DNA from: an uncultured bacterium
GTDB taxonomy: Bacteria > Verrucomicrobiota > Verrucomicrobiia > Verrucomicrobiales > DEV007
DNA: 64,000 nt
Reading direction: 5' to 3'
Assembly: GCA_963977015.1 (NCBI GenBank)
Contig: CAXBMO010000002.1
Coordinates: 288,001-352,000, forward strand
Shown here: one piece after another, positions 38,331-48,190 of the stretch
Layout: each line of letters begins with the position of its first letter
Numbering within the stretch: the stretch's first letter is position 1
The notes under the pieces: model-generated
Seen by the model: the letters and a program-made list of their open reading frames with translations, nothing else
Database searches by the model: none
Told to the model about the DNA's origin: nothing
Position numbers and translations under genes: made by a program

Positions 38331-38804
38331 ATGATCCGCCCCGCCACCCCCGACGACATTCCCGCCATTCACGCGCTCCTGCTCGAATTGGCCGAGTTCG
38401 AAAAGATCACGGAATGGGTCGAAGCCACCGAGGAGTCCACCCGCAACGCCCTGTTTGGCGAACAGCCTACCGCAGAAGCCCTCGTTGCCGAAATCGACGG
38501 TCAAATCATCGCAACCGCCATCTTCTTTCAGAACTACTCCACCTTCGTCGGTCGTCCCGGCCTCTATCTCGAAGACATCTACGTCCAGCCCGCCCATCGC
38601 AGCAGCGGCATCGGTCGAGCCCTGCTCCGGGAACTGGCAATCCTCGCCCACGAACGGGGCTGTGGTCGCATGGAATGGACCGTGCTCGACTGGAACCAGC
38701 GCGCTATAGACTTTTACGAGAAACTCGGCGCCGAAATCATGACCGACTGGCGCCTCGTGCGGCTTCATCGCGACGGAATCGCCCGATTAGCTGATGAATC
38801 GTGA
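38331..38804 (+). CDS. GNAT N-acetyltransferase (diamine acetyltransferase-like)
   Basis: IRPATPDD, YSTFVGRPGLYLEDIYV, RSSGIG, WTVLDWNQRAIDFY; real start at ATG 38331 inside the ORF listed from 37626. Confidence 0.9.
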   Translation: MIRPATPDDIPAIHALLLELAEFEKITEWVEATEESTRNALFGEQPTAEALVAEIDGQIIATAIFFQNYSTFVGRPGLYLEDIYVQPAHRSSGIGRALLRELAILAHERGCGRMEWTVLDWNQRAIDFYEKLGAEIMTDWRLVRLHRDGIARLADES

Positions 38805-38825
38805 GCGGGTGACTTGGTGAAGGCC

Positions 38826-39545
38826 TCAAATTCCGCCGAAACGGCGCTGGCGCTTGGCAAACTCCTCCAACGCGGCTTGGAGGTCGTCCTTCCGGAAATC
38901 GGGCCAGAATTTCTTGGTGATGACAATCTCGGCATAGCTGAGTTGCCAGAGAAGGAAGTTGGAGAGGCGCATTTCGCCCGAGGTGCGGATCATGAGGTCC
39001 GGGTCCGGGTAATAGCGGGTATAGAGGTGTTTGCTGAAGAGGTCGGGATCGAGCATGCCGATGTCGGCATGGCCTTCTTCGATGTGGCGGTAGAGGCTCT
39101 TGATGCCGTCGATGATCTCTTCGCGCCCGCCGTAGCTGAGGGCGAGGACGAGGGTGAGCCCGGTGTTCTCAGAGGTGGCGTCGATGGCGCCGTGAAGGGC
39201 TTTTTGGCAGTTGGCGGGTAGGTCGTTGAGCCGCCCGATGGCCTGGAGGCGGATGTTTTGCTGCTGGAGCTCCTTGCCTTTCTCCTTGAGAAAGCGCTCG
39301 AGTAACTTCATGAGGGCGTCGATTTCGTGCTTGGGGCGGGTCCAGTTCTCAGAGCTGAACGCGTAAAGGGTGAGGAACTCGACACCGAGGACGTTGCAGG
39401 CTTCGACAATCTCGCGGACCGATTCGGCACCGGCGCGGTGGCCCTCGCTCCGAGGTAAACCGCGCTCCTTGGCCCATCGGCCGTTCCCGTCCATGATGAC
39501 GGCGATGTGTCGGGGGATGCTGGAAGAAGAAGCTTCGTTGGGCAT
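38826..39545 (-). CDS. uppS: Undecaprenyl diphosphate synthase
   Basis: PRHIAVIMDGNGRWA, YAFSSENW, IRTSGEMRLSNFLLWQ. Confidence 0.95.
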   Translation of the reverse strand: MPNEASSSSIPRHIAVIMDGNGRWAKERGLPRSEGHRAGAESVREIVEACNVLGVEFLTLYAFSSENWTRPKHEIDALMKLLERFLKEKGKELQQQNIRLQAIGRLNDLPANCQKALHGAIDATSENTGLTLVLALSYGGREEIIDGIKSLYRHIEEGHADIGMLDPDLFSKHLYTRYYPDPDLMIRTSGEMRLSNFLLWQLSYAEIVITKKFWPDFRKDDLQAALEEFAKRQRRFGGI

Positions 39546-39717
39546 GGAAAGGTTGCAGATAACCGAGAACTCTCGTTCCGACAAGGATGGATCGCCGGAG
39601 AGGTTGGAGGAAATGCTGATGGAGAAGGACACGGAGTGGTGAGCCCCCACCTGACGAGCAGTTCCTCTAACACCACCAAATTCTGAAATCTTCTCCCCCC
39701 ATTTTCGTCCAATCACC

Positions 39718-41100
39718 ATGCTCCAGGCAGACAAACTCCAACAGGACCCCCGCGTGGTTGCCGCCAAACAAACCCTTTTGGAAGCGGTGCGCGAACATTC
39801 AACGGCGATTACCGGCCCGAAGCCGCCCGATCCGAAACACACGGCGCAATTCAGGGCTCAGTCCGAGGAATCCAACGATGTTCGCGGTCGCGGCTTGGCA
39901 TTGCCGTATCTCGCAAGCGGAATCGGCAATGGCGCGTGGGTGGAACTGACCGATGGAAGCGTGAAGCTGGATTTCATCAGCGGAATCGGGGTCCACATTC
40001 TCGGCCACAGCCATCCATTGATCGTGGAATCGGGGATCGATGCAGCGCTGACCGACACCGTGATGCAGGGCAATCTGCAAATGGCCTACGATTCGATCGA
40101 GTTGGGCCGGCTCTTGCTCGATTTGGCGAACCAAAACGGTGCGGCGCTCGGTCATTGCTTTCTATCCACCAGTGGAGCGATGGCGAACGAAAATGCGCTG
40201 AAGGTGGCGTTCCAGAACAAGGCCCCGGCCTCCCGCGTCCTGGCCTTTGAGGGCGCGTTTGCCGGTCGATCCATGGCGACCTGCCAGATCACGGCCCGTG
40301 CCGCCTATCGCAAGGGGCTCCCCGTGACGTTGAACGTGGATCGCGTCCCGTATTTCGACCATCAGGCCCCAAAGGGAAGCACCAAAGCTGCGTTGGACGC
40401 GATCGAGAAGCATCTCGCGGCGTTTCCCGGCGAACACGCGCTGATGGTGGTGGAACCGATTCTGGGCGAGGGAGGCTTTTATCCCGGCAGTTCGACGTTT
40501 TTCGAGGCCATCATGACGCGATTGCACGATGCCGGCGTTCTCATCTTCATGGATGAGGTGCAATCCTTCGGACGAACCTCAATGCCCTTCGCCTTTCAAC
40601 ACTTTGGGCTCGACCGCTTCGCCGACATCGTCAGTATCGGAAAAATGACTCAGGTTTGTGCCACGCTGTATCGCCCGGAATTGAATCCCGACCCGGCGCT
40701 CCTCAGCCAGACCTTCACCGCCAGCACCTCGGCGATTCGCGCCGCGCTCGCCATCTTGAACGAGTTCCAGAACGGCGACTACTTCGGACCGGAAGGGAAG
40801 ATCCTGCGGCTCGGGAGTCACTTCGCCAAGCGCCTGGGCGAGCTCGCTGAGAAACATCCCGACCTTCTCGAAGGCCCCTTTGGGCTTGGCGGCATGGTCG
40901 GCATGACCCCGTTCGGCGGCGATCCGAAAAAGGCGATGCCCTTCGTAAAACAGTTGTTCACCAATGGCCTGATGGGCTTCCCGGCAGGCAAGGAACCAGC
41001 CCGGGTTCGCTTCCTCCTTCCCTATGGCGCGATTGACGAGCAGGAAATCGACGTCGCGGTTGGCTTGATCGAGAAAACCCTGATCGAGTTTCAATCATGA
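39718..41100 (+). CDS. Class III PLP aminotransferase (AstC/ArgD-like by context)
   Basis: SGAMANENALK, VEPILGEGG, DEVQSFGRT, SIGK. Confidence 0.85.
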   Translation: MLQADKLQQDPRVVAAKQTLLEAVREHSTAITGPKPPDPKHTAQFRAQSEESNDVRGRGLALPYLASGIGNGAWVELTDGSVKLDFISGIGVHILGHSHPLIVESGIDAALTDTVMQGNLQMAYDSIELGRLLLDLANQNGAALGHCFLSTSGAMANENALKVAFQNKAPASRVLAFEGAFAGRSMATCQITARAAYRKGLPVTLNVDRVPYFDHQAPKGSTKAALDAIEKHLAAFPGEHALMVVEPILGEGGFYPGSSTFFEAIMTRLHDAGVLIFMDEVQSFGRTSMPFAFQHFGLDRFADIVSIGKMTQVCATLYRPELNPDPALLSQTFTASTSAIRAALAILNEFQNGDYFGPEGKILRLGSHFAKRLGELAEKHPDLLEGPFGLGGMVGMTPFGGDPKKAMPFVKQLFTNGLMGFPAGKEPARVRFLLPYGAIDEQEIDVAVGLIEKTLIEFQS

Positions 41101-42131
41101 TTCCCCGCATTCGTCCCGTTCGCCTTGACGATTTGGACCCGCTGTTCGCGCTGGCACAACAAACGGGGTTCGGTCTCACCACGTTACCCCCGGAGCACAA
41201 GCTCCTGCAGCGTCGCATCAAGGAGTCGATCCAGGCTTTCGGACAATTGGTCCGGAAACCAACCGGCCAGACCTATCTCTTCGTTCTCGAAGTGGACGGC
41301 AAAGTCGCGGGAACGACCGGGATCGCGTCGAAAACCGGCGGGTTCGAACCGTTTTACACCTACCAGCTCGACTCCGAGCACTTTGAGTCGAAGACGCTCG
41401 GCGTGGCCCACGATGTCCAGGTTCTCAAACCGGTCGCGGAACACAGCGGCCCGGGCGAAGTCGGCAGCCTCTTCCTCGCACCGTCATCTCAAGGGCTCGG
41501 ACTTGGCGGATTGCTCTCGCGCTGTCGTTTTCTCTTCATGGCGGAGCATCCCCGCTTCTTCGAGAAAACGATCGTCGCCGAGCTGCGCGGCGTGATTGAC
41601 GAACACGGCTGTTCGCCATTCTGGGATGCGATCGGCGCCCACTTTTACGGCGTTGATTTTCAACGGGCGGATTTCCAAGTGTTGCGCGGCAAGGAATTCA
41701 TCGCCGAACTGATGCCGCGCCACCCGATCTATGTCCCCACCCTGCCGAAGGCCGCGCAAGAAGTGATTGGCCAGGTTCATCCCAACACGCTCCCGGCGCT
41801 GAAGATGCTGGAGCGCGAAGGCTTCAAGCCCAACGGCCAGATCGACATCTTCGAAGCGGGGCCGACGGTCTGTTGCGAACGCGAACAAATCCTGACCGTG
41901 CGGAATTCCCGCGTCGCCGAGCTTTCCAAAATCGCCAACCCGGCTGAATCCGCGCCCAAGGCGATCCTCTGCAACACAGAGATGGAGTTTCGGGCCTGCT
42001 ACGGCACCATCGAAGAACTCGCACCAGACCAGATTCGAGTCAGCCCCGAAGTCGCGGAAGCGCTCGAAACTGAGGTTGGCGATCAAATTCGCTTCGCCAT
42101 CCCTCCACCCAAACCTCCTCATGCCAGCTAA
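41097..42131 (+). CDS. astA: Arginine N-succinyltransferase
   Basis: GLTTLP, SLFL, LLSRCRFLFMA, AELRGV..SPFW, IDIFEAGP. Confidence 0.9.
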   Translation: MIPRIRPVRLDDLDPLFALAQQTGFGLTTLPPEHKLLQRRIKESIQAFGQLVRKPTGQTYLFVLEVDGKVAGTTGIASKTGGFEPFYTYQLDSEHFESKTLGVAHDVQVLKPVAEHSGPGEVGSLFLAPSSQGLGLGGLLSRCRFLFMAEHPRFFEKTIVAELRGVIDEHGCSPFWDAIGAHFYGVDFQRADFQVLRGKEFIAELMPRHPIYVPTLPKAAQEVIGQVHPNTLPALKMLEREGFKPNGQIDIFEAGPTVCCEREQILTVRNSRVAELSKIANPAESAPKAILCNTEMEFRACYGTIEELAPDQIRVSPEVAEALETEVGDQIRFAIPPPKPPHAS

Positions 42132-43530
42132 ACGCCCCACCTTTCAATCCCGGAATCCCGCCAATGGTGAATTGCTCTGGGAAGGTCCCTCCGCGAATCA
42201 AGCTGAGATCGATGCAGCGGTTCGCGCCGCCCGCTCCGCCTTGCCGGAATCTTCGGTCGATCAACGCCGCGAGGCCGTTCAAGCTTTCGCTGCTGAGCTG
42301 GAATCCCGTCGCGAAGCCTTCGTTGACGCCATTTCCAATGAAACCGGCAAACCCCGCTGGGAATCGCAAACCGAGGTTGGCGCGATGCTCGGCAAGATCC
42401 GTTTCAGCATCCAGGCCCACCAAGAGCGACAAACTCCCCAACTGAACGAGACCAGTGCGACGCGCTACAAACCTCATGGGGTTGCCGCCGTCCTCGGCCC
42501 GTTCAACCTGCCTGGTCATCTGCCCAATGCGCACATCGCCCCCGCCCTTCTCGCCGGAAACAGTGTCGTCTTCAAACCCAGTGAACAAACGCCACTCGTA
42601 GGCCAACTCCTCGCCGAAACCTGGCACGCCTGCGGGCTCGGCGACGCCTTCCACTGCGTCCAGGGAGAACTGGAAACCGGCAAAGCCCTCGTCGCCCATC
42701 CCGGCATCGACGCCATTTTCTTCACCGGCAGCTTCGCGGGAGGTCGCGCCATCGCCAAGTCGCGCATCGACAGTCCCGGCGTCATCGTCGCTCTCGAAAT
42801 GGGCGGAAACAATCCGCTCGTAGTCTGGGATCCCTGTGAAATCGATGCCGCCGTCTACAACATCATCGTCAGCGCCTTTATCACTGCGGGTCAGCGTTGC
42901 GTTTGCGCAAGGCGCCTGATCTTGCCGGAGGGATCGTTCGGCGATCGCATCCTGGATCGACTCATCGAAGTCTCCAGCCATCTCCGCATCGGCCCGCCCT
43001 CGCTCGATCCCGAGCCGTTTTACGGCCCCGTCATCTCCGCTCACGCCGCCAGCCAGGTCCTTCGGTCGCGCGACGAGCTTCTCGACCTCGGCGCCTCATC
43101 CCTGTTGGATATGGCCCGCGAATCCGACGAATCCGCCCTCCTCACGCCCGGTATCCTCGACGTCACCGGGGTTCCCGATCTCCCCGACCAGGAAATCTTC
43201 GGCCCGCTTCTCCAAGTCATCCGCGTTCCCGATTTCGAAACGGCAATCGAAGTAGCCAACCACACCGCTTACGGGCTCAGTTCCGGACTGCTCTGCGAAG
43301 ACCGTGAACGCTGGGATTTGTTTTTTCAGCACGCCCGCGCCGGAATTGTGAACTGGAACCGCCCCATCACCGGAGCGAGCGGCGCCCAACCGTTCGGCGG
43401 CATCGGCCAAAGCGGCAATCATCGTCCCAGCGGCTATTTTGCGATTGATTATTGCGCGTTTCCGGTTGCTTCAACCTTCGGTTCATCGCTTGATCTCCCT
43501 GATGCGCTTGCACCCGGCATTTGCCTCTAA
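42121..43530 (+). CDS. astD: Succinylglutamate-semialdehyde dehydrogenase
   Basis: GPFNLPGHLPNAHI, ALEMGGNNP, ITAGQRC, SGNHRPS. Confidence 0.88.
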   Translation: MPAKRPTFQSRNPANGELLWEGPSANQAEIDAAVRAARSALPESSVDQRREAVQAFAAELESRREAFVDAISNETGKPRWESQTEVGAMLGKIRFSIQAHQERQTPQLNETSATRYKPHGVAAVLGPFNLPGHLPNAHIAPALLAGNSVVFKPSEQTPLVGQLLAETWHACGLGDAFHCVQGELETGKALVAHPGIDAIFFTGSFAGGRAIAKSRIDSPGVIVALEMGGNNPLVVWDPCEIDAAVYNIIVSAFITAGQRCVCARRLILPEGSFGDRILDRLIEVSSHLRIGPPSLDPEPFYGPVISAHAASQVLRSRDELLDLGASSLLDMARESDESALLTPGILDVTGVPDLPDQEIFGPLLQVIRVPDFETAIEVANHTAYGLSSGLLCEDRERWDLFFQHARAGIVNWNRPITGASGAQPFGGIGQSGNHRPSGYFAIDYCAFPVASTFGSSLDLPDALAPGICL

Positions 43531-43532
43531 TC

Positions 43533-44486
43533 ATGGCTTCATCCTCAAAAATTGAAGATCAACTCTCGGCGCTCAAGGAATCGAACGAACAGGACCGTGA
43601 TTCCCAAATTGCGACAGCTCTCTCGACACGCAGCAATGTGGTTATTTCGCAAGCGGCCCAACTTGCGGCCCATCACCGGTGCCATGCATCCATCCCGCAT
43701 CTCGTCGCTGCGTTTCAGCGATTGATGCTGCCCGATCCCGTGAAACGAGACAAAGGTTGCCTTGGCAAAATCGCGATTATCAATGCGCTCTTTGATTTGG
43801 ATTTCGCCGATGAAGAATTCTATGGCGAGGCTCTCCGTTATGAACAGTTTGAGGCCGTCTGGGGCGGGAAGGAAGATGTCGCATCTGAAATTCGCGCCAC
43901 GGCGGCTCTCGGGTTTGCCGCCTCCAATCCATGGCGGGCGATTTTTCGCCTGATCGAAGCTCTCAACGATCCCGACGCGCAAGTCAGGGTTGCTGCGGCG
44001 AAAGCGATTGGCTCGCTCGGGACCGACGCGGCAGAGGCGGTTCTTCGCCAAAAGGCGCTTGCGGGTGACACGGTTCCTGACGTTGTCGGTGAATGCTTCA
44101 CGGCATTGCTCGATTCCTACGCGGATGGTTCACCCGAATTTGTGGCTGGATTCCTCAACGACGAGCAGGGAATGATCCGTGACCTCGCGGCGTTTGCGCT
44201 GGGAAGTTCCAAGATTCCATCTGCGATCGATGAACTCAAACGGTGTTGGGATGAGGCGGCGTTTCGCCCGGACTTGCAGGGAACACTAATTCAAGGCCTT
44301 GCCCTCGCCTGCACGGAACATGCGTTCCAGGCGCTTTTCGAAATCATGGCTCACGATAGCGACAGCGAGAAGCAAGTCATCCGAGCCTTGGCAATCTATC
44401 GCCATGACGATCGAATTCGTCAGGATGTCGAATCGCGGGTTTCCCCAAACTCCCGTGCCGTTTTCGACGAGGAATGGGCGGACTAA
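43533..44486 (+). CDS. HEAT-repeat protein
   Basis: Repeated LxDxxxxVRxxAAxALG units. Confidence 0.75.
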   Translation: MASSSKIEDQLSALKESNEQDRDSQIATALSTRSNVVISQAAQLAAHHRCHASIPHLVAAFQRLMLPDPVKRDKGCLGKIAIINALFDLDFADEEFYGEALRYEQFEAVWGGKEDVASEIRATAALGFAASNPWRAIFRLIEALNDPDAQVRVAAAKAIGSLGTDAAEAVLRQKALAGDTVPDVVGECFTALLDSYADGSPEFVAGFLNDEQGMIRDLAAFALGSSKIPSAIDELKRCWDEAAFRPDLQGTLIQGLALACTEHAFQALFEIMAHDSDSEKQVIRALAIYRHDDRIRQDVESRVSPNSRAVFDEEWAD

Positions 44487-46492
44487 CCACCTGCGGCGAG
44501 CATCTCCCGCATTCTCTCGAAATATCCGGCAGCGACTTCTTCGGTGGCGGGTTCTTCGGCGAGTTCATCAAAGTTGATGATATCGAGAAACTCTTCATCC
44601 AATTCCTTAATGAAGGAGCTCGGCATGCACGTTACCTCATCCCCATAACGCTTCCTCGCGTGACAGAATGTCAGAGTCATCTTCTCTTTCGCCCGCGTGA
44701 TTCCGACATAGAGAAGCCGCCTCTCCTCATCCTTGGTGCCTTCTTCGATTGAGCGCGTGTGAGGAAGAATGCCTTCCTCCATGCCCACCAGATAGACGAG
44801 CGGAAATTCCAATCCCTTGGCCGCGTGAAGGGTGATCAGGCAGACGCCTTTTTTCTTGCTAATATCGTCATCATCCCGGTCTGACATCAGCGCAATGTCA
44901 TGGAGAAACCCTTGGAGACCTTTTTCCTTTTTCGCGCTTTTCGCCCGGTGGTCATACATGGTGTCGATAAATTCCCTCGCCCCGTTCTCACGCTTGTTGG
45001 CCTCTTCCTCGCCCTTGCAGTTGCGACGCATGTATTCAAAGAACTCAATATCTTTGAGCAACTCTCCGGTCATCGTCGCGTAGTCAGCGGACGGCGTCCT
45101 GGCAACCGCCCCATATTCGGACATCAGTTTGACAAACTTCCCGATACTTTCCCGGCTTTTGGTCGTTCGATCCTGAAGAAACTCTTCGTGCTGGAGAGTT
45201 TCCCAGACACTGATCTCCTTTTCGATGCTGAAATCCGTGGCGGCGCTAATTGCCGATTCCCCAATCCCACGAGGAGGATTGTTGATGACCCGCAACATAC
45301 TCAGGTCATCCTTGGGATTGGCCAACGCGGAGAGATAGGAAATAATATCCTTCACTTCACGCCGATCAAAGAAACTCATTCCTCCCACGACTCGATAGGG
45401 AATTTCTTCGCTCCGGAGTGCATGCTCCAAAAGGCGCGACTGGGCATTCGTCCGAAAGAGAATGGCGAAGTCCTCCCATTCCCGCTTCTCGGCTTTGGCT
45501 TGGGAATAGATCTCGTTGACGATGAGTTCGGCCTCTTCCTCGGCATTGGGCATTCCTATCAAACGAACCAGATCCTGACTTTCCTTACTGCACCACAAGG
45601 TCTTCTCACGACGGTTGGCATTATTCTTAATAATACTGTTCGCGAGCTTCAGGATCGGCTGCGTGCACCGATAGTTCTCTTCGAGCTTGATCACTTTCGG
45701 ATTGGGAAAGAAGCGCTCAAAGTCGAGAATATTGGAGATGTCAGCGCCCCGCCATCCATAGATGCTCTGATCGTCATCCCCCACCACACAAACATTGTGA
45801 TCCTTGCCTGCCAGCGTCTTCATCAGCCGCATTTGCAGACTGTTGGTGTCCTGAAACTCATCCACCATGATATAGGGAAACTGTCGCTGCCAGTATTCGC
45901 GAACATCTGCCTCGTTTTCCAGCAGCTCGACCGCGAGGATGAGAAGGTCATCAAAATCAACGGAGTTGAGTTTCTTCAGTTCCTCTTGATACGAATGGGT
46001 AACCTCTACAATAAGATCCTGCGAATTGTTGGAAACCGGCGTCCCACTGTTCTTCCACTTTCCAATCAAGGAGAGCGCGACGTTCGCTTCCAGCCCGGAA
46101 TCCTTGCCTCCTTTTCGGGCAATAATTTTTCGGACCAATCCCATCTGATCGGATCCTGAATAGATGCCGAAATTTTTCTTATATCCCAGGCGATCAATGT
46201 TGCGGCGGAGAATCTTGACGCAAAGTGAGTGGAACGTGGAAACCGTCACCGCCTTGGCGGCGCTCTTGGAGATCAACTCACTGACCCGCTCCCGCATCTC
46301 CGAAGCGGCCTTGTTTGTGAACGTCACCGCCAGAATATTTTCCGGACGAATATTCTCCGAAATCATGTAGGCGATCCGCATCGTGATGACGCGGGTTTTG
46401 CCCGTTCCAGCACCCGCAAGGATGAGAACAGGCCCATGAATTTGGCGCACGGCGGCGCGTTGAGGTTCGTTAAGACTATTAAGTCCCTTCAT
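44483..46492 (-). CDS. UvrD/Rep/PcrA family helicase
   Basis: AGAGTGKT, DEFQDT, GDDDQSIYGWRGA, TLHAAKGLEF, EERRLLYVGITRA. Confidence 0.95.
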   Translation of the reverse strand: MKGLNSLNEPQRAAVRQIHGPVLILAGAGTGKTRVITMRIAYMISENIRPENILAVTFTNKAASEMRERVSELISKSAAKAVTVSTFHSLCVKILRRNIDRLGYKKNFGIYSGSDQMGLVRKIIARKGGKDSGLEANVALSLIGKWKNSGTPVSNNSQDLIVEVTHSYQEELKKLNSVDFDDLLILAVELLENEADVREYWQRQFPYIMVDEFQDTNSLQMRLMKTLAGKDHNVCVVGDDDQSIYGWRGADISNILDFERFFPNPKVIKLEENYRCTQPILKLANSIIKNNANRREKTLWCSKESQDLVRLIGMPNAEEEAELIVNEIYSQAKAEKREWEDFAILFRTNAQSRLLEHALRSEEIPYRVVGGMSFFDRREVKDIISYLSALANPKDDLSMLRVINNPPRGIGESAISAATDFSIEKEISVWETLQHEEFLQDRTTKSRESIGKFVKLMSEYGAVARTPSADYATMTGELLKDIEFFEYMRRNCKGEEEANKRENGAREFIDTMYDHRAKSAKKEKGLQGFLHDIALMSDRDDDDISKKKGVCLITLHAAKGLEFPLVYLVGMEEGILPHTRSIEEGTKDEERRLLYVGITRAKEKMTLTFCHARKRYGDEVTCMPSSFIKELDEEFLDIINFDELAEEPATEEVAAGYFERMREMLAAGG

Positions 46493-46525
46493 ACTATCCA
46501 GAGAAATGTTGAATCCGTTATGGTA

Positions 46526-47011
46526 TTAGCGAAAGAATCGGAAGCTAAACGGATAGGGCATGAACTTGCCTTCGTTGGCACGGACGGAGGCGACAACGGC
46601 CATGACGATGGAAAAAATACCGGCGGCCACACTAAGAGCCACACTAACCCCACAAGTGATCGGCATGGCCAGTGCTCCAATCCACGCGAGGATTGACATC
46701 GTGAGTTGGAAGTTGATCGACTCTTTGCCATGAGCATCCACCCATGGGCTTTCCTGGCGTTTGAGGAGCCAGGGGATGAGAGGACCAACAATGTTCAAAA
46801 TGCTGGGTCCAATCAGATTGGACAGCGCAGCGAGATGGCAAAACATTCCCCACGTCCGGTCTTCACCTTCAGAAAGCTTCCCGCTGCCCAAAGCTGGTTG
46901 ATCCGGCCGCGACGAGAATCGCCCGGAGTTCCGCTCAATCCAGTCCGGTCCGGCGGTTCCTTCAACGGGTTGGGGTGATTCCTGGGAATCGGGCTTATGC
47001 TCATCTTCCAT
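46526..47011 (-). CDS. DUF4870 membrane protein
   Basis: WGMFCHL, HGKESINFQ, YPFSFRF. Confidence 0.85.
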   Translation of the reverse strand: MEDEHKPDSQESPQPVEGTAGPDWIERNSGRFSSRPDQPALGSGKLSEGEDRTWGMFCHLAALSNLIGPSILNIVGPLIPWLLKRQESPWVDAHGKESINFQLTMSILAWIGALAMPITCGVSVALSVAAGIFSIVMAVVASVRANEGKFMPYPFSFRFFR

Positions 47012-47072
47012 GGCCGCTACCAACGTTGAAAATTGGTGGCTGTGCAAGGGTTTAGCCTGATTTGAAGTCAAT

Positions 47073-48140
47073 TCACGACTTGTTCACAAGTTTCTCGCCG
47101 AACTCTCCAATCACTTGCGGATAAAGCCGGTGCTCGACTTCCTGAATCCGTTCATGAAGCGATTCCGGAGTGTCGCCGGGCAGAATCGCGACCGGCCCCT
47201 GGGCAAGAATCGGCCCGGTATCCACGCCGCAATCCACGATGTGAATGGTGCACCCGCTTTGCGGTACGCCGGCGGCGAGGGCTTGCTGGCAAGCATCTCT
47301 TCCCGGAAACGCGGGCAACAAGGACGGGTGAATGTTGAGAATCCGCCCTTCAAACTCCGCCAAAAGCGGCGCTTCGAGAATTCGCATGAAGCCGGCCAAG
47401 GCGATCAAATCCACGTTTTCAGCCTTGAGCCGGTCGATCATCTCTTTTTGTGCCGCGATGCTCAATTTGGCGCGCCTGTCTCCGGGATGAATCGCCAATG
47501 CGTTGATTCCCAGCTTCTTAGCACGCTCGAGAATGGCTGCGTCTTCAACGTCGGAGATGACGAGACGAATTTCCGCATCCAACTCCCCCCTCTCGACGGC
47601 TTCCGCGATCGCTTCGAAATTGGTGCCATCTCCGGAACCGAGGACTGCAATCCTGAGCTTCGCCGGTCCGGTTTGCAGCTTGGTCAGGGTTGCGCTGGTC
47701 GATTTTCCCGCAACGAGGGACAAAATCGCAATTTCTGCGTCAACGCGCTCCAGAGCGCCCCGTTCTTCCGGATTGAGCGATTCGACCGTGTAGTCCCCGC
47801 CTTTCGTGTAAATGTGCGGGCGAATCGTCTCGATGAGGCCGGTTACGCGGGGGTCATCGAAGACCACGACCCGATCGACAAACTCGAGCGCGGTGAGAAT
47901 TTCGGCACGGTCCTCGGCATTGTTGATGGGGCGGCCCTCCCCTTTGAGGGCGCGAACCGACGCATCTCCGTTGAGGGCCACGATCAGCGCGTCGCCCAAT
48001 TCCCGCGCCTCCCGGAGGTAGCGAACGTGACCAACATGAAGGAGGTCGAAGCATCCATTGGTGAAAACCAGCTTTTTACCGGCAGCTTCCAGTTCATCGC
48101 GCCAGGCCGCGGCTTCTTCGGGAGTAGTGAGGTGAGACAT
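47073..48140 (-). CDS. purN: Fusion of heptose-1-phosphate adenylyltransferase (RfaE2/HldC-like) and phosphoribosylglycinamide formyltransferase
   Basis: N-half TNGCFDLLHVGH, KGGDY, GKSTS; C-half GSGDGTN, LAGFMRIL, NIHPSLLP, DTGPI. Confidence 0.88.
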   Translation of the reverse strand: MSHLTTPEEAAAWRDELEAAGKKLVFTNGCFDLLHVGHVRYLREARELGDALIVALNGDASVRALKGEGRPINNAEDRAEILTALEFVDRVVVFDDPRVTGLIETIRPHIYTKGGDYTVESLNPEERGALERVDAEIAILSLVAGKSTSATLTKLQTGPAKLRIAVLGSGDGTNFEAIAEAVERGELDAEIRLVISDVEDAAILERAKKLGINALAIHPGDRRAKLSIAAQKEMIDRLKAENVDLIALAGFMRILEAPLLAEFEGRILNIHPSLLPAFPGRDACQQALAAGVPQSGCTIHIVDCGVDTGPILAQGPVAILPGDTPESLHERIQEVEHRLYPQVIGEFGEKLVNKS

Positions 48141-48190
48141 TCGACACAAAGCTAGACAAGCTAAAAATCCTGCGCAACCGTCCGCGCGAT

